Positions 21,637-31,245 of a stretch of 64,000 bases of DNA are shown one piece after another. The DNA comes from Tetramitus jugosus (Eukaryota > Protista > Heterolobosea). The notes beneath the pieces are model-generated. The model did not search any database and had not been told where the DNA came from. It saw nothing but the letters and a program-made list of their open reading frames with translations. The translations under genes were made by a program, and so were the position numbers. Where the stretch lies: the NCBI GenBank assembly GCA_937625935.1, contig OW569354.1, positions 523,988 through 587,987 on the forward strand, given 5' to 3'. Each line of letters opens with the position of its first letter. The stretch's first letter is position 1.

Positions 21637-23023
21637 AACGCCGATGAAAAAACGAACACACACCCCTGTTGTTCGCGAGTATGAGAATCCACGCTATGCT
21701 GTGTGGACCACAGCACCAAGAGGAACTGCTCCAAGCAGCAAGGAGGTCATCATCACTGGAAAGTGTGATGACTCTCCCAAGGCTGCCTTGGCCAAGAAGA
21801 TTGGCTTGGATTTTGGTGATTTGCTCACCAGGGTCCAAGTCATCAAGAAGGGCCCCAAGAGGTTTGTTGCGTGGGTAACTGTTGTTGATGACAACATTTA
21901 CCCATTTGTTGAATCCTTCAACCGCAACAAGAAGATGAGTGGCTGCAAGGCAGCACTCAAGCACAACGTAGATTGTGCCAAGAAGGTCGTCCTCCACGGA
22001 GTTAAAGGTAAGACTGAGGACGACATCAAGGCCATGCTTGGCACAACAAAGGTCAAGAACGTGCTCAAGAAGCACGACACCTCCTTTGTTGTGATGGAGT
22101 CCGAAACGTATGCCGAAGCTTTGCTTCGGAACGTTCAATCCATGCCAGTGGAGGTGGAAGCAAAACGCTTCCTTCCACGCCCACGTGATCCGGTCAAGGC
22201 TGTCAGCAAGAGGCTGACCAAGATGTACCAAGAGCTCCTGGCTGTGGTGGACGACCTGCGCCACCAAGTCAGTGTGTTAAAAGATATGGCTTCCGTCAAC
22301 CGGATTCCCCTCGCATCCCCGTCTCCAAGGACGCCGGAGCGAATCTCCGAATTCGAACCTTCGACTCCGTCTACGACCGATGACTGGGAGTCGATCTTGC
22401 CGGAGTCCCATCCCGCCACTCCAACTACGGTCACCCAAGAGCCAACCAACAACACCATTGATGAGGATGCTCGTAACAGAGCAATCCTCGAGCTAGTATT
22501 GAACACCTCCGAGGTGTTCAAGAAAGTCAAGAAAGAGATTGCTGCCCGAGCAATCATGGTGGACCGTGCAAGAAGCACAACCACCGAAGAAGATCCAGTT
22601 GAGTTGGATCTCAGTAACCCTGACTGTGAGTTACAGAGTCCCCAACTCAACGAACACAAGAAGCGATCAGCACGTGTCACCGTTGGTGACACTGCTGCCA
22701 ACAAGATCCCGGCCAGGTTGGCCAGTATCAAGTCAGGTGCTCTCCGTAGGTCCTACCAACTGGCTAGGACTACGGAGCCATCTGATCTCACCAGTGGTGC
22801 TCCAGATGGTAGTGGAGGCCCTCGCAACGAATCCCTGAAGAAGGGATCAAAACAACATTCCAAGAAGAGAATGAATCCTGTTGCGTAGGCCTGCCACTCC
22901 ACTGGGCAAGCACCACATCATGTTAGACAATTGAGAGCAGGCAAGCCTGCTCTCACGCAAAAGAAAAATAAAAGTTCCGCAACGTGGTGCGTGAGCACCA
23001 TTTGTTGTATTAAAAAAAAAAAA
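21637..23023 (+). mobile_element. Inner (younger) poly(A) retroposon carrying a single ORF1-like gene
   Basis: Perfect 15-bp TSD TTGAACTGAGGTTGC (21622-21636, 23024-23038), A12 tail 23012-23023, AATAAA at 22967, higher GC than the flanks. Confidence 0.88.
21644..22888 (+). CDS. LINE ORF1p-like RNA-binding protein (RRM-like + coiled coil + disordered tail)
   Basis: Intact 414-aa ORF inside the TSD-bounded element; RRM-like segment KKVVLHGVKGKTEDDIKAMLG...DTSFVVMESETYAEALL, heptad region LTKMYQELLAVVDDLRHQVSVL; no RT or endonuclease motifs. Confidence 0.65.
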   Translation: MKKRTHTPVVREYENPRYAVWTTAPRGTAPSSKEVIITGKCDDSPKAALAKKIGLDFGDLLTRVQVIKKGPKRFVAWVTVVDDNIYPFVESFNRNKKMSGCKAALKHNVDCAKKVVLHGVKGKTEDDIKAMLGTTKVKNVLKKHDTSFVVMESETYAEALLRNVQSMPVEVEAKRFLPRPRDPVKAVSKRLTKMYQELLAVVDDLRHQVSVLKDMASVNRIPLASPSPRTPERISEFEPSTPSTTDDWESILPESHPATPTTVTQEPTNNTIDEDARNRAILELVLNTSEVFKKVKKEIAARAIMVDRARSTTTEEDPVELDLSNPDCELQSPQLNEHKKRSARVTVGDTAANKIPARLASIKSGALRRSYQLARTTEPSDLTSGAPDGSGGPRNESLKKGSKQHSKKRMNPVA

Positions 23024-24356
23024 TTGAACTGAGGTTGCCTGATTCTGCCAAAATTGTACTCTGGTTTGACGGTGCGATATATGAAAAGGGCAAGATTATG
23101 CCACGAAATGTCAAGCGATCACCAGAAGGACTGTTGGAGGGACTAATGGGCAAAGAGGGAGGTTTTAGGAAAGAGCTACTGGACTCAATGATGCTCTCCG
23201 GCAGGAAACAAAAGGAGGCAGAGAAAGTAATAAGAGGTATGGTGGACTCCATGAAGAGGGCCTGTCAAAGCACTTCACAAGGTATATATTAACTCCGTCG
23301 TGAAGAGGAGTGAAACACTGCTCAGCACCTGACGGTGCTGAGCGGAATCATGACTCTGCAGCGGTGTATTGAATAAAGAGGCAACAATTGTTGTATGGAA
23401 AAAAAAAACTGCTATTTTGCAAAAAACAAAGGCGTACGATGGTGCACCAGAACATGCATCTTTCTTCAACATGTGCACTCTGGATAATTTACGCTCTCTC
23501 GTGCTAATTGACAAGTTACGTATTATTGATGATGCATTTTCAGTGTACCGTATGTCAGATAGCACTCTGAGCGAATTAGAAATGGTATTTCGTGCTGTAG
23601 TATCGATTGGTACTTCGAAGTGTGAAATTCAGTATTGCTAGTGTTTGGGATGATATCAATAGGGACAGTGAAAACCTAGTTTATATATTATTTGTGATTA
23701 TATACCTACACATACAATAGCAATAGGGATCACGCAGAGATGAGTCTATCAGATTTCGGGTTACAGCATTTAACCGCTATTAGCGACGCTCCTCATAATA
23801 TTGCTGGATCAGACGATCAGGTACAATGTTATTATTTCAGAGTTATCTAGTGCTGGTTGATCGGTATGATGATATTATTCGTGCTCACAGATCTGCTATG
23901 AATCATAGTGATCGGCCGAGAAGTATTTTTTGGGGCGACCGAAATAGAAATAGGGCCTCCAGTTGAATTACCGAGCCAGAGTATAGATTTTGTGAGTTCA
24001 TCTGAAGATTTACCTCTGCATGATATATTACCAGCGAATGATGTTGATGGTGACATGATTATGCAAGACACTCTGACACAGACAGCAGAGACATCTCAAC
24101 TGAGTGCAACAGATGCATCTGAATAAACAGATTTGAGAGCTAAGCATGGTTTGACAGGGGATGTGACATCTGATCTGTATATTCCACTCCGATCAATGCT
24201 TGCAAGAATCTGGGATGCAGAGACAGAAGAAAATAACATCACCGGCTGCAACAAAGAGGAGAGCCCCTGAATCAATTGTAACTCCCACTACTAAGAATAG
24301 GCGATCTTCCAGATGGAACTGGAGCATGAAAATGTGAATCTTCTTGCAAGAAACCT

Positions 24357-24735
24357 TTGCCATCTAGGATCAAAGGAGAAGCCTCTAGCTTATTGCTCAC
24401 AAATGTTCCAGGAAAGCAGATAAGTTGTTGTCAGCTCAACATAGCGAGTTACAGATCAATACTAGTGTATCAGTCACTCACAACAAGATCCTTGTTGCAA
24501 CAGGGACGATCACAGCAAGTATTGGAAGCTGAGTTACAAGAAGGTACAATACAAACAGATTGCAAAATACACGTATGTTGCAAAAAGTATTTCAACCATC
24601 TTCTATTTATGCCACAATTGGTTCAGACAAAAGGGCTTCTTCGGATTAAATATTTAGATGAAGTTCACTTTGTTTCGAAAGATTTAGAGAAATAAGGGAT
24701 TTTCACTGCTTGGGAAGCGTCTCGTTGTGCCAACA
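24357..24735 (+). pseudogene. IS630/Tc1-mariner-like DDE transposase fragment (frameshifted)
   Basis: IKYLDEVHF followed, after a frameshift near 24690, by NKGFSLLGKRLVVP, resembling the DDE_3 pattern F.DE..F.....GWAP.G.R.VV. Confidence 0.5.
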
Positions 24736-25176
24736 TGAGACTGTACATAAGAGAGACTCTCGATAACGTCCATTGTAATCATATCTTTGCTTGACAATTG
24801 GTTTTAATGTTCGATGAATGGTGTTGTCAATAATGCATCTGATATCCTTTCCTAAATGACTATGGCGTTCACTGTTCAACTTATTTGGAATATATTTGAT
24901 GAATTGTTCCACCAAAAATGGAAGAATGAAATCGAGAACAGCAGTTACATAGAACGCAGAGATTCCAAACATAAAAGGAAGTTGAAAAGTTGTAGGATAA
25001 CCGATGACAAATAATAGGGCAAGAATCAACTTTTTTTCAATAGACATTGACAGATTATCCTTCTTACCGACCACTATAATCTTAATTTCTTCCAAAATTA
25101 TAAGATGTCGCTCAAACGCTTGATTTGTCATCCAATTGAGATAAACGTTGATGTGTTTTTGATTTGATCTTTCCAC
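24703..25176 (-). pseudogene. IS5/ISL2EU/Harbinger-type transposase fragment
   Basis: HTH_Tnp_4-like SIEKKLILALLFVIGYPTTFQLPFMFGIS, then first catalytic block IIDNTIHRTLKP...QRYDYNGRY; truncated before the remaining catalytic residues. Confidence 0.7.
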
Positions 25177-25739
25177 GACCCTTACCCAAATTTGTAAACA
25201 ACATCTTCTTCATTTCATTGGATTCCTTTCTCTCTTCTCTTTTATCTCTTTTATCATTCAGTTGTTCAGTTTTCTCTTCTTTCTTCTTCATGTCTCTGCT
25301 TTTGTCTATCTTTTGATGCTTGATTGAAATCGAGGTAATCAGAAGCATGTGCTCACATCAGACGATGATACTGATCCCTCATTGCTTTGTTGGTCAACGT
25401 CCTGAATGTTTCTCAGTCTTGGTGATGGCTCTCGGACTTGATCGGATGTTGGTGTAATGTCACGTGGAAATGGTTCATTTCGCATAACTTGATCAACAGC
25501 GTCATTGATATCTTCCGTGTCATCTTCCAACTGTTCATCGATCAAGTCGACTATTCGCTTCCTCTTCTTACTTCCTGTGACTGCTCATTGCTTGATTTTA
25601 TTTCTTCTTCTCAAACAATCAATGTGATTTCTCAAATGGAATTCGCTGCGACCCAGTTCTTTGATCTTCTCTTCCTTCATGATTTTATACCAACTACCTT
25701 TATGGTAGTGATAAAAATCAGTAACGAACAATCAAGTGT

Positions 25740-25944
25740 AGGAGCGTCTGTATATTATTTCTTACGGTCCCCTAGGGAGGGTCTGAAATATTTATTCAAA
25801 TATTTATTCATAGGGGGTCTTTTGATCCCAATCCAAGTAGGAGAATTAATATAACGTTCGAATTTACAGGAAAATGTGTTATTCAAATTTATTCAAAACA
25901 GGCAGGGATGAGGTCAGAGGTGAATATAATATCTGGACGCTCCC
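25740..25944. mobile_element. MITE copy 2 (diverged left TIR, no direct TSD)
   Basis: Collinear with 19138-19330 along its full length; right TIR ATAATATCTGGACGCTCCC intact, left TIR AGGAGCGTCTGTATATTAT has 4 changes. Confidence 0.88.
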
Positions 25945-26320
25945 ACACTTGATTCTTCGTTTGTAATTCTTTTATTTTTTGTTTTCTTTCCAATATTCGG
26001 TGATGATGGAGAAGATGGTGATTGAAAGCCTTTGAGTTGAAGGAGATGCTGGAATTATAGATGGTGATTGTTGTGATTGCTCGGGTACTTGCTGGGATGA
26101 CGATGTCGAATGGTTGTTGTTTTGTTTTTTTTGGTGATGTTGGCTGATTTTATGCAAGAAAAAAACTGGAAGGAAGAACAAAAAAGCTCTACAGTTCCGA
26201 TTTTATGAGTCAGCTCGTGCATGTGATTTCCAAAGCAATGCTTCCTAGTATTCGGGGAAAATCATTTCGACCGTCTTTTAGGAAAGTCTTGCCCGAAGGT
26301 CGACAATTCAACAAAGAAAA

Positions 26321-27352
26321 ATGCACCTCAACAACAGAACCATCGATGTCGCATTTATTACATGTGCAGACTATCCAGCCATGAGTGATGATGACCTCGT
26401 CTTCATCCACAAGTTCAAGACTTTGTTCCCACAGAGAAAAATTGAATTCATCACTTGGACCAACTTTTTCGATGGAAGTGATGGAACAGGAGGAGATGAC
26501 TCTCAATCTCCTCTAGCAAAAACTAGAGAGTACTTTAGTAATGTTAAGCTTGTGGTGTTGCGATCTGTTTGGGATTATCATCCCAAGCACAAACAGTTTA
26601 TGGATTGGTTGACTGCTGTTGCTGAAAGTGCTGCTTGTGTCTTGAATTCACGAGAGGCTATTGTTTGGAACTCTAACAAGATGTATTTGAAGGAGTTGAG
26701 AGATGTGACCGGTGTGTCTATTGTTCCCAGTTATTTCATGGAGTTGGACAAGGAGCAACTGGATAGTGCACATCTAAGAAGAGTCTGTGAGGAGAATGGT
26801 TGGAGTGATATTATTCTGAAACCTTGCATATCTGCTGGATCATTCGGTGTAGAGAAGTTGAAGATGGAAGACTTGATAGATCAAAATGAACTCTTGACCA
26901 GTATTCTCAACAGTGAAAAACCATATGTGATGCAACCATTTGTTTCGTCCATTTTGAAACATGGTGAATACTCTCTTCTCTTCTTCAATGGTACGTTCTC
27001 GCATGCCAAGCAAAAAACATTGAAACCTGGTACTTTTACTTGGTCATCTTATGATGATGTGACTCCAGATCAAAGTGCAATGATTCTTGCTCAAAAGGTT
27101 CTTGACTCAGCAATTGAGTTAATTCCAGTTAAGAAGAACAACGAAGTAACTTGCTCTAATTATCCTCTACTGTATGCACGCGTCGATCTATTAGTCGACG
27201 AAAATGGTAATTACATGCTGGGAGAGCTGGAAATATTCGAACCTCTGCTCTACTTTAACGACCTTGAAGAGGAAGATCAGACCAAGGCTGCTGAACTCAT
27301 GGCCAATACAATTCAAAGTTGGCTTAACAACATTGACAACCACAATCCTTAA
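26321..27352 (+). CDS. RimK/glutathione-synthetase-like ATP-grasp ligase (bacterial DcsG-like family)
   Basis: Motifs LRSVWDY, WNSNKMYL, ILKPCISAG, MQPF, GEYSLLFFNG.FSHA, LYARVDL and ELEIFEP; intronless. Confidence 0.85.
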   Translation: MHLNNRTIDVAFITCADYPAMSDDDLVFIHKFKTLFPQRKIEFITWTNFFDGSDGTGGDDSQSPLAKTREYFSNVKLVVLRSVWDYHPKHKQFMDWLTAVAESAACVLNSREAIVWNSNKMYLKELRDVTGVSIVPSYFMELDKEQLDSAHLRRVCEENGWSDIILKPCISAGSFGVEKLKMEDLIDQNELLTSILNSEKPYVMQPFVSSILKHGEYSLLFFNGTFSHAKQKTLKPGTFTWSSYDDVTPDQSAMILAQKVLDSAIELIPVKKNNEVTCSNYPLLYARVDLLVDENGNYMLGELEIFEPLLYFNDLEEEDQTKAAELMANTIQSWLNNIDNHNP

Positions 27353-27458
27353 ACTTTCCTACGGAATAAATACAGCACGTCTCCGTCTCGACTCTGTAAC
27401 CAAGATTCCTGGGCTAGCTTGGAATTGTTGTAAACTATCACACCCGAGATCAAAAGTG

Positions 27459-27531
27459 TGCCGAAAGCGTGGATCGAACACGCGACCTTAAGATCTTCAG
27501 TCTCACGCTCTCCCAACTGAGCTATTTCGGC
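27459..27531 (-). tRNA. tRNA-Phe (GAA)
   Basis: GCCGAAATAGCTCAGTTGGGAGAGCGTGAGACTGAAGATCTTAAGGTCGCGTGTTCGATCCACGCTTTCGGCA; canonical cloverleaf, downstream TTTT. Confidence 0.97.
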
Positions 27532-27681
27532 TCCATGTAAGTAATGAACGTCTCAATCTAGCCGTCGCGAGACCCGCCGTTGAGAAATATTTATATTGTA
27601 TATATTTATATCGATCAGAGTTTTTACAGTAATTTGCGTTATGTTTATGATTGGTATTGTTTACAGGTGAGTTATTTGGCT

Positions 27682-28118
27682 CTACTTTTGTTTGTCATTG
27701 TCAGATTGATTATTCTCCTCTTGAATTCCAGCTTGATTCATCAAATCGCCAATACTCTTTTCAAGTTCGTCAATTCTAGAACCCATGTCATCAACTGTTG
27801 TGTGATGCAATTTTATTGTCATTCAAATATGGATATTTGGTGTTAGTTACTACTGTAAGCAAAGAAGAACAGACATGATAGTACGAAAAATATGAAGAAA
27901 ACATACTTCTCTTAATAATGGTATCACTCATCTCTTGGAATCTTCCTTGCTGCAAGTTGAAAAAAGATTTTGGTGAGTTGAGAGTTGTTCGTTGCATGAT
28001 GGTAGTACACATGTGTGAGATATCATCAATGAAGAAAGCTTACCATTTGTTGCAACAAATTTTGAACAAATATGGTCAATTCTTGAGTACCCTGTGGTGG
28101 TTGATTGCTGTCACTCAT
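27682..28118 (-). CDS. HSBP1: Heat shock factor binding protein 1 (3 exons: 28118-28044, 27949-27907, 27794-27682)
   Basis: Splicing two GT-AG introns gives [62 protein letters not shown]..., the HSBP1 consensus; only partly visible in the ORF track. Confidence 0.93.
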
Positions 28119-28275
28119 TGTTGTATGTGATTCGTTTGTTTTCTGTGTTTTTGCTTTCAAGTTTGATGCTTTTGTGTCGGTTTTACGAGCTTGCTCATTT
28201 CGGCGCCAAAAACAACTGGAGCTGCCAAACACACGAAAAAAAACCAAAGCAAAAACAATCCTTGTCTCTGCGAAA

Positions 28276-29589
28276 ATGAATCGATTGAATATGATCTCCA
28301 CTCCCACTCATGATGACTCCATCATCATACACCATCACAACACCACCAACAACAACTCTTCCAACAATGTAACCAAACTACCAAAACTTGCCAATTCACT
28401 CGATCGTTTCTTGGACATGGAAACCAAATCATCTGTTCATCGATTCACCAATCATCTCACGTCCTATCATCACATTCTAGCCAATGAACCAACAGTTGCC
28501 ATGTACCGTATCACTGAACACATTAAGCGCTCTGTTCCATCACTCGAACAAAAAAAGAATGAAGTCAGTGTGAATCATCAAAAGAGTGAGGCACACTTGT
28601 TGGATGTACAGTTTGCAGTTGATAGTATACATGAGTGGCACCAAAATTCCACACAACAAAAATACTCTGCATTGTCTCACACTGTCTCTGATCTCATTTC
28701 TCAACTGAAACAATCCATGATGACAACAACAACAACAGACAATAATAATAATAATAATAATAGTAGTTCTCATATGAAAAAAGGGATGCAAGCAAATAAC
28801 AATAGTGCTGGTAAGGAAGAGAGTGAGACACCGACATCTGCTGTTTCTCGATTTGGATTGTCATTTGGTCGATTAATCAACAAAACATTGACCACCAACA
28901 CATCATCAACAACAACAACAACAGTAACAGTAAGTTCACAATCATCATCATCATCATCATCTTCACCAGTGAAAACAGACAATACTGTTGACAAGAGTAA
29001 AGATGAAACAAAAACACAATCTTTATTGGTATTTGATGATGAAGATGTTCATGACAAGAAACAGGTTGACTCTTCTCAACCCTTATCCCCATCGTCATCA
29101 TCATCATCATCATCATTGTCAGTTGTTTCAACTGATGCAACCATCAAGTATGAACATGACGATGATCAGCCAAATATGAATGAATCAAGTGTGGAACATG
29201 CCAGGGATACTGTTTCCACTACTACAGATGTACCAACGACTACTCCAACGCCTACCATGGAATCCACACTACAGAATAATCATGTTGAGAGCTCGAGTGC
29301 AGCTGCATCTGGACCATCCAACCATCTTCTTCTTGACAAACCAAGTCAATTGGTTGACAATAACACATCTGCAGACTCGGAAATTTTTGTTGTTGAAAAC
29401 AAGGAAGACAATACTCCCACAGTATCTGCAACAACCACAAATGATTGGCCAGAACTCATCACTCTACCAACAAACAATGAAGAGGCATCAAAAACAACCA
29501 CTTTGAAAAAGAAACGAAAAACAACAAAGAAAAAGAAGGCAGAGGCCAACATAACAACAAGCGGCTTCACGCTCCGCCAATTTGAGTAA
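28276..29589 (+). CDS. BORCS8: BORCS8 (MEF2BNB)-domain protein with long low-complexity tail
   Basis: LANEPTVAMYRITEHIKRSVPSL matches the BORCS8 motif; ATG at 28276. Confidence 0.75.
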   Translation: MNRLNMISTPTHDDSIIIHHHNTTNNNSSNNVTKLPKLANSLDRFLDMETKSSVHRFTNHLTSYHHILANEPTVAMYRITEHIKRSVPSLEQKKNEVSVNHQKSEAHLLDVQFAVDSIHEWHQNSTQQKYSALSHTVSDLISQLKQSMMTTTTTDNNNNNNNSSSHMKKGMQANNNSAGKEESETPTSAVSRFGLSFGRLINKTLTTNTSSTTTTTVTVSSQSSSSSSSSPVKTDNTVDKSKDETKTQSLLVFDDEDVHDKKQVDSSQPLSPSSSSSSSSLSVVSTDATIKYEHDDDQPNMNESSVEHARDTVSTTTDVPTTTPTPTMESTLQNNHVESSSAAASGPSNHLLLDKPSQLVDNNTSADSEIFVVENKEDNTPTVSATTTNDWPELITLPTNNEEASKTTTLKKKRKTTKKKKAEANITTSGFTLRQFE

Positions 29590-29706
29590 AACGGAACTCT
29601 GTTATTTGCGTATGCAGCTCCCTCCATTTTTCCTGTTGTGATCAAGAAACTTTGCAGACCGAACAAAGATTGAACAAAAAAAAACCAGAAGAACAAAACA
29701 CAGCAA

Positions 29707-31020
29707 ATGACAGCACGGCCACAACAAGAACGAGAATTGGTTCAGAGCACAGTCTATGTCGCTGGTAGTGCCATCCATGGCCAATGTGGACTCACCGAAG
29801 ACAAAATAACATCATGGACCCCATTGAGAGTCAGTCTTGAGCCGTTGGATAAAAACGAAGAATCACAAGAGACTGCCGAAGACCAAGTAACCTCCATTGT
29901 CATGTTTGGATCTCGTCAAAGCATTGATCATCAGATTGTCAAAGTTCGCTGTGGAGGCAATTTTTCACTGTTTCTGATGCGAAACGGGCAGGTGTTTGGT
30001 ATTGGGGATAGCCAATATGGAAATTATGGTAGAGTGAATGATGACAAGAAAGATAATTATCGGTTGTTTGAACTGAGGGCACTCAGACAGAAGAATATTG
30101 TAGATTTAGCGACAGGATTCAACTTTAGTTATTTTCTCACATCAGATGGAAGATTGTTTCGTTGTGGATCGAATTCGTACTCACAATTGAGTAATCAAGT
30201 TGATTATAGTCATGCTGATGTGCTGATCTCGCCTGTTGACCAATCATTGTTTGATGGATTTCCAGTTGTGCAAGTTTCATGTGGTGGCAATTTCGTCTAT
30301 GCATTGACCAGTGATAACAAGCTCTATGTATGTGGTCAAGATGGCACCGAAAGTTATTCAGTGTTTACAAGAGTGAACTTGCCACCATCAGCAGATGGAC
30401 AGATCATAACGAAAATATCTTGTGGTGCTTATCATAGCGTAGTACTGATGTACAATGGTGTTCAATATGGAAGTGGTTCTCAATTATTTCCAGGAGAGAT
30501 CAACACCGTCAGCTATTTCCATGAGATACCCTTTCCAATGAAAGTTCGGGATGTCATTTGCGGCTACAACTATTTTATGTGCATTGGTGAGGATGGGAAA
30601 TTGTATGGAAACGTGGGTCTAAGCCAGAAAGACATGATCATGGATGGGCAGTTAGGGTCAATTGACAAGTGCGATGAGCCCTATGAGAATTTTGTTGTCA
30701 TACAATTCGAGTATCCAATATCGGAAGTAATTACGGGATCTTCCTCTACCACCACACTTGTCATTCTCTCCAATGGCGACATTTATGGCACAGGGTGCAA
30801 TGACAGTGGTGGACTGGGTCTTGGAGATACAGAAAATAGAGCCGAATTCGAAAAGCTTCCAAGAAGCGTGAATCAATCGATGGCAGTAGCAGCTGCGACT
30901 GGTGCATACCACTCAGTCATCTGTTACTATGATGATATACTCCACACAAACTGGCAGCGCAATCTTTGGAGGACCAGGAAAGAGAATAAGCTCACAGACC
31001 TGGATATCTTTCTGGATTGA
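29707..31020 (+). CDS. RCC1-repeat beta-propeller protein
   Basis: Repeated RCC1 units (VRCGGNFSLFL, ISCGAYHSVVL, GCNDSGGLGLG, ATGAYHS). Confidence 0.88.
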   Translation: MTARPQQERELVQSTVYVAGSAIHGQCGLTEDKITSWTPLRVSLEPLDKNEESQETAEDQVTSIVMFGSRQSIDHQIVKVRCGGNFSLFLMRNGQVFGIGDSQYGNYGRVNDDKKDNYRLFELRALRQKNIVDLATGFNFSYFLTSDGRLFRCGSNSYSQLSNQVDYSHADVLISPVDQSLFDGFPVVQVSCGGNFVYALTSDNKLYVCGQDGTESYSVFTRVNLPPSADGQIITKISCGAYHSVVLMYNGVQYGSGSQLFPGEINTVSYFHEIPFPMKVRDVICGYNYFMCIGEDGKLYGNVGLSQKDMIMDGQLGSIDKCDEPYENFVVIQFEYPISEVITGSSSTTTLVILSNGDIYGTGCNDSGGLGLGDTENRAEFEKLPRSVNQSMAVAAATGAYHSVICYYDDILHTNWQRNLWRTRKENKLTDLDIFLD

Positions 31021-31245
31021 GCTTTTTCGAAATTTGAAGCTTCACGTCGGAAGTCTATTAAAAATACCGACAAGGGTTACTCCGCGTTCGATGACACCAA
31101 CGACACCCACACTGTGCCCCAAACAAAAAACACTCGTGTTTTTGGAATTGAAAGGGGTCTGTATCATCTTTTCCTCCATCATCACCAACATCCATTTTTT
31201 TGAGTATTCATTCAACAACAACAATAAGAACAAAAAAAACACACA

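Larger units (their letters stand above)
21625..23408 (+). mobile_element. Outer (older) 5'-truncated non-LTR retrotransposon, interrupted by the inner element; own sequence is 21625-21636 plus 23039-23408
   Basis: TSD (AAAA)CTGCTATTTTG at 21610-21624 and 23405-23419; A10 run 23399-23408; frame open from the 5' boundary to TAA 23292 (LRLPDSAKIVLWFDG...QGIY); 3' UTR hairpin and AATAAA. Confidence 0.8.
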
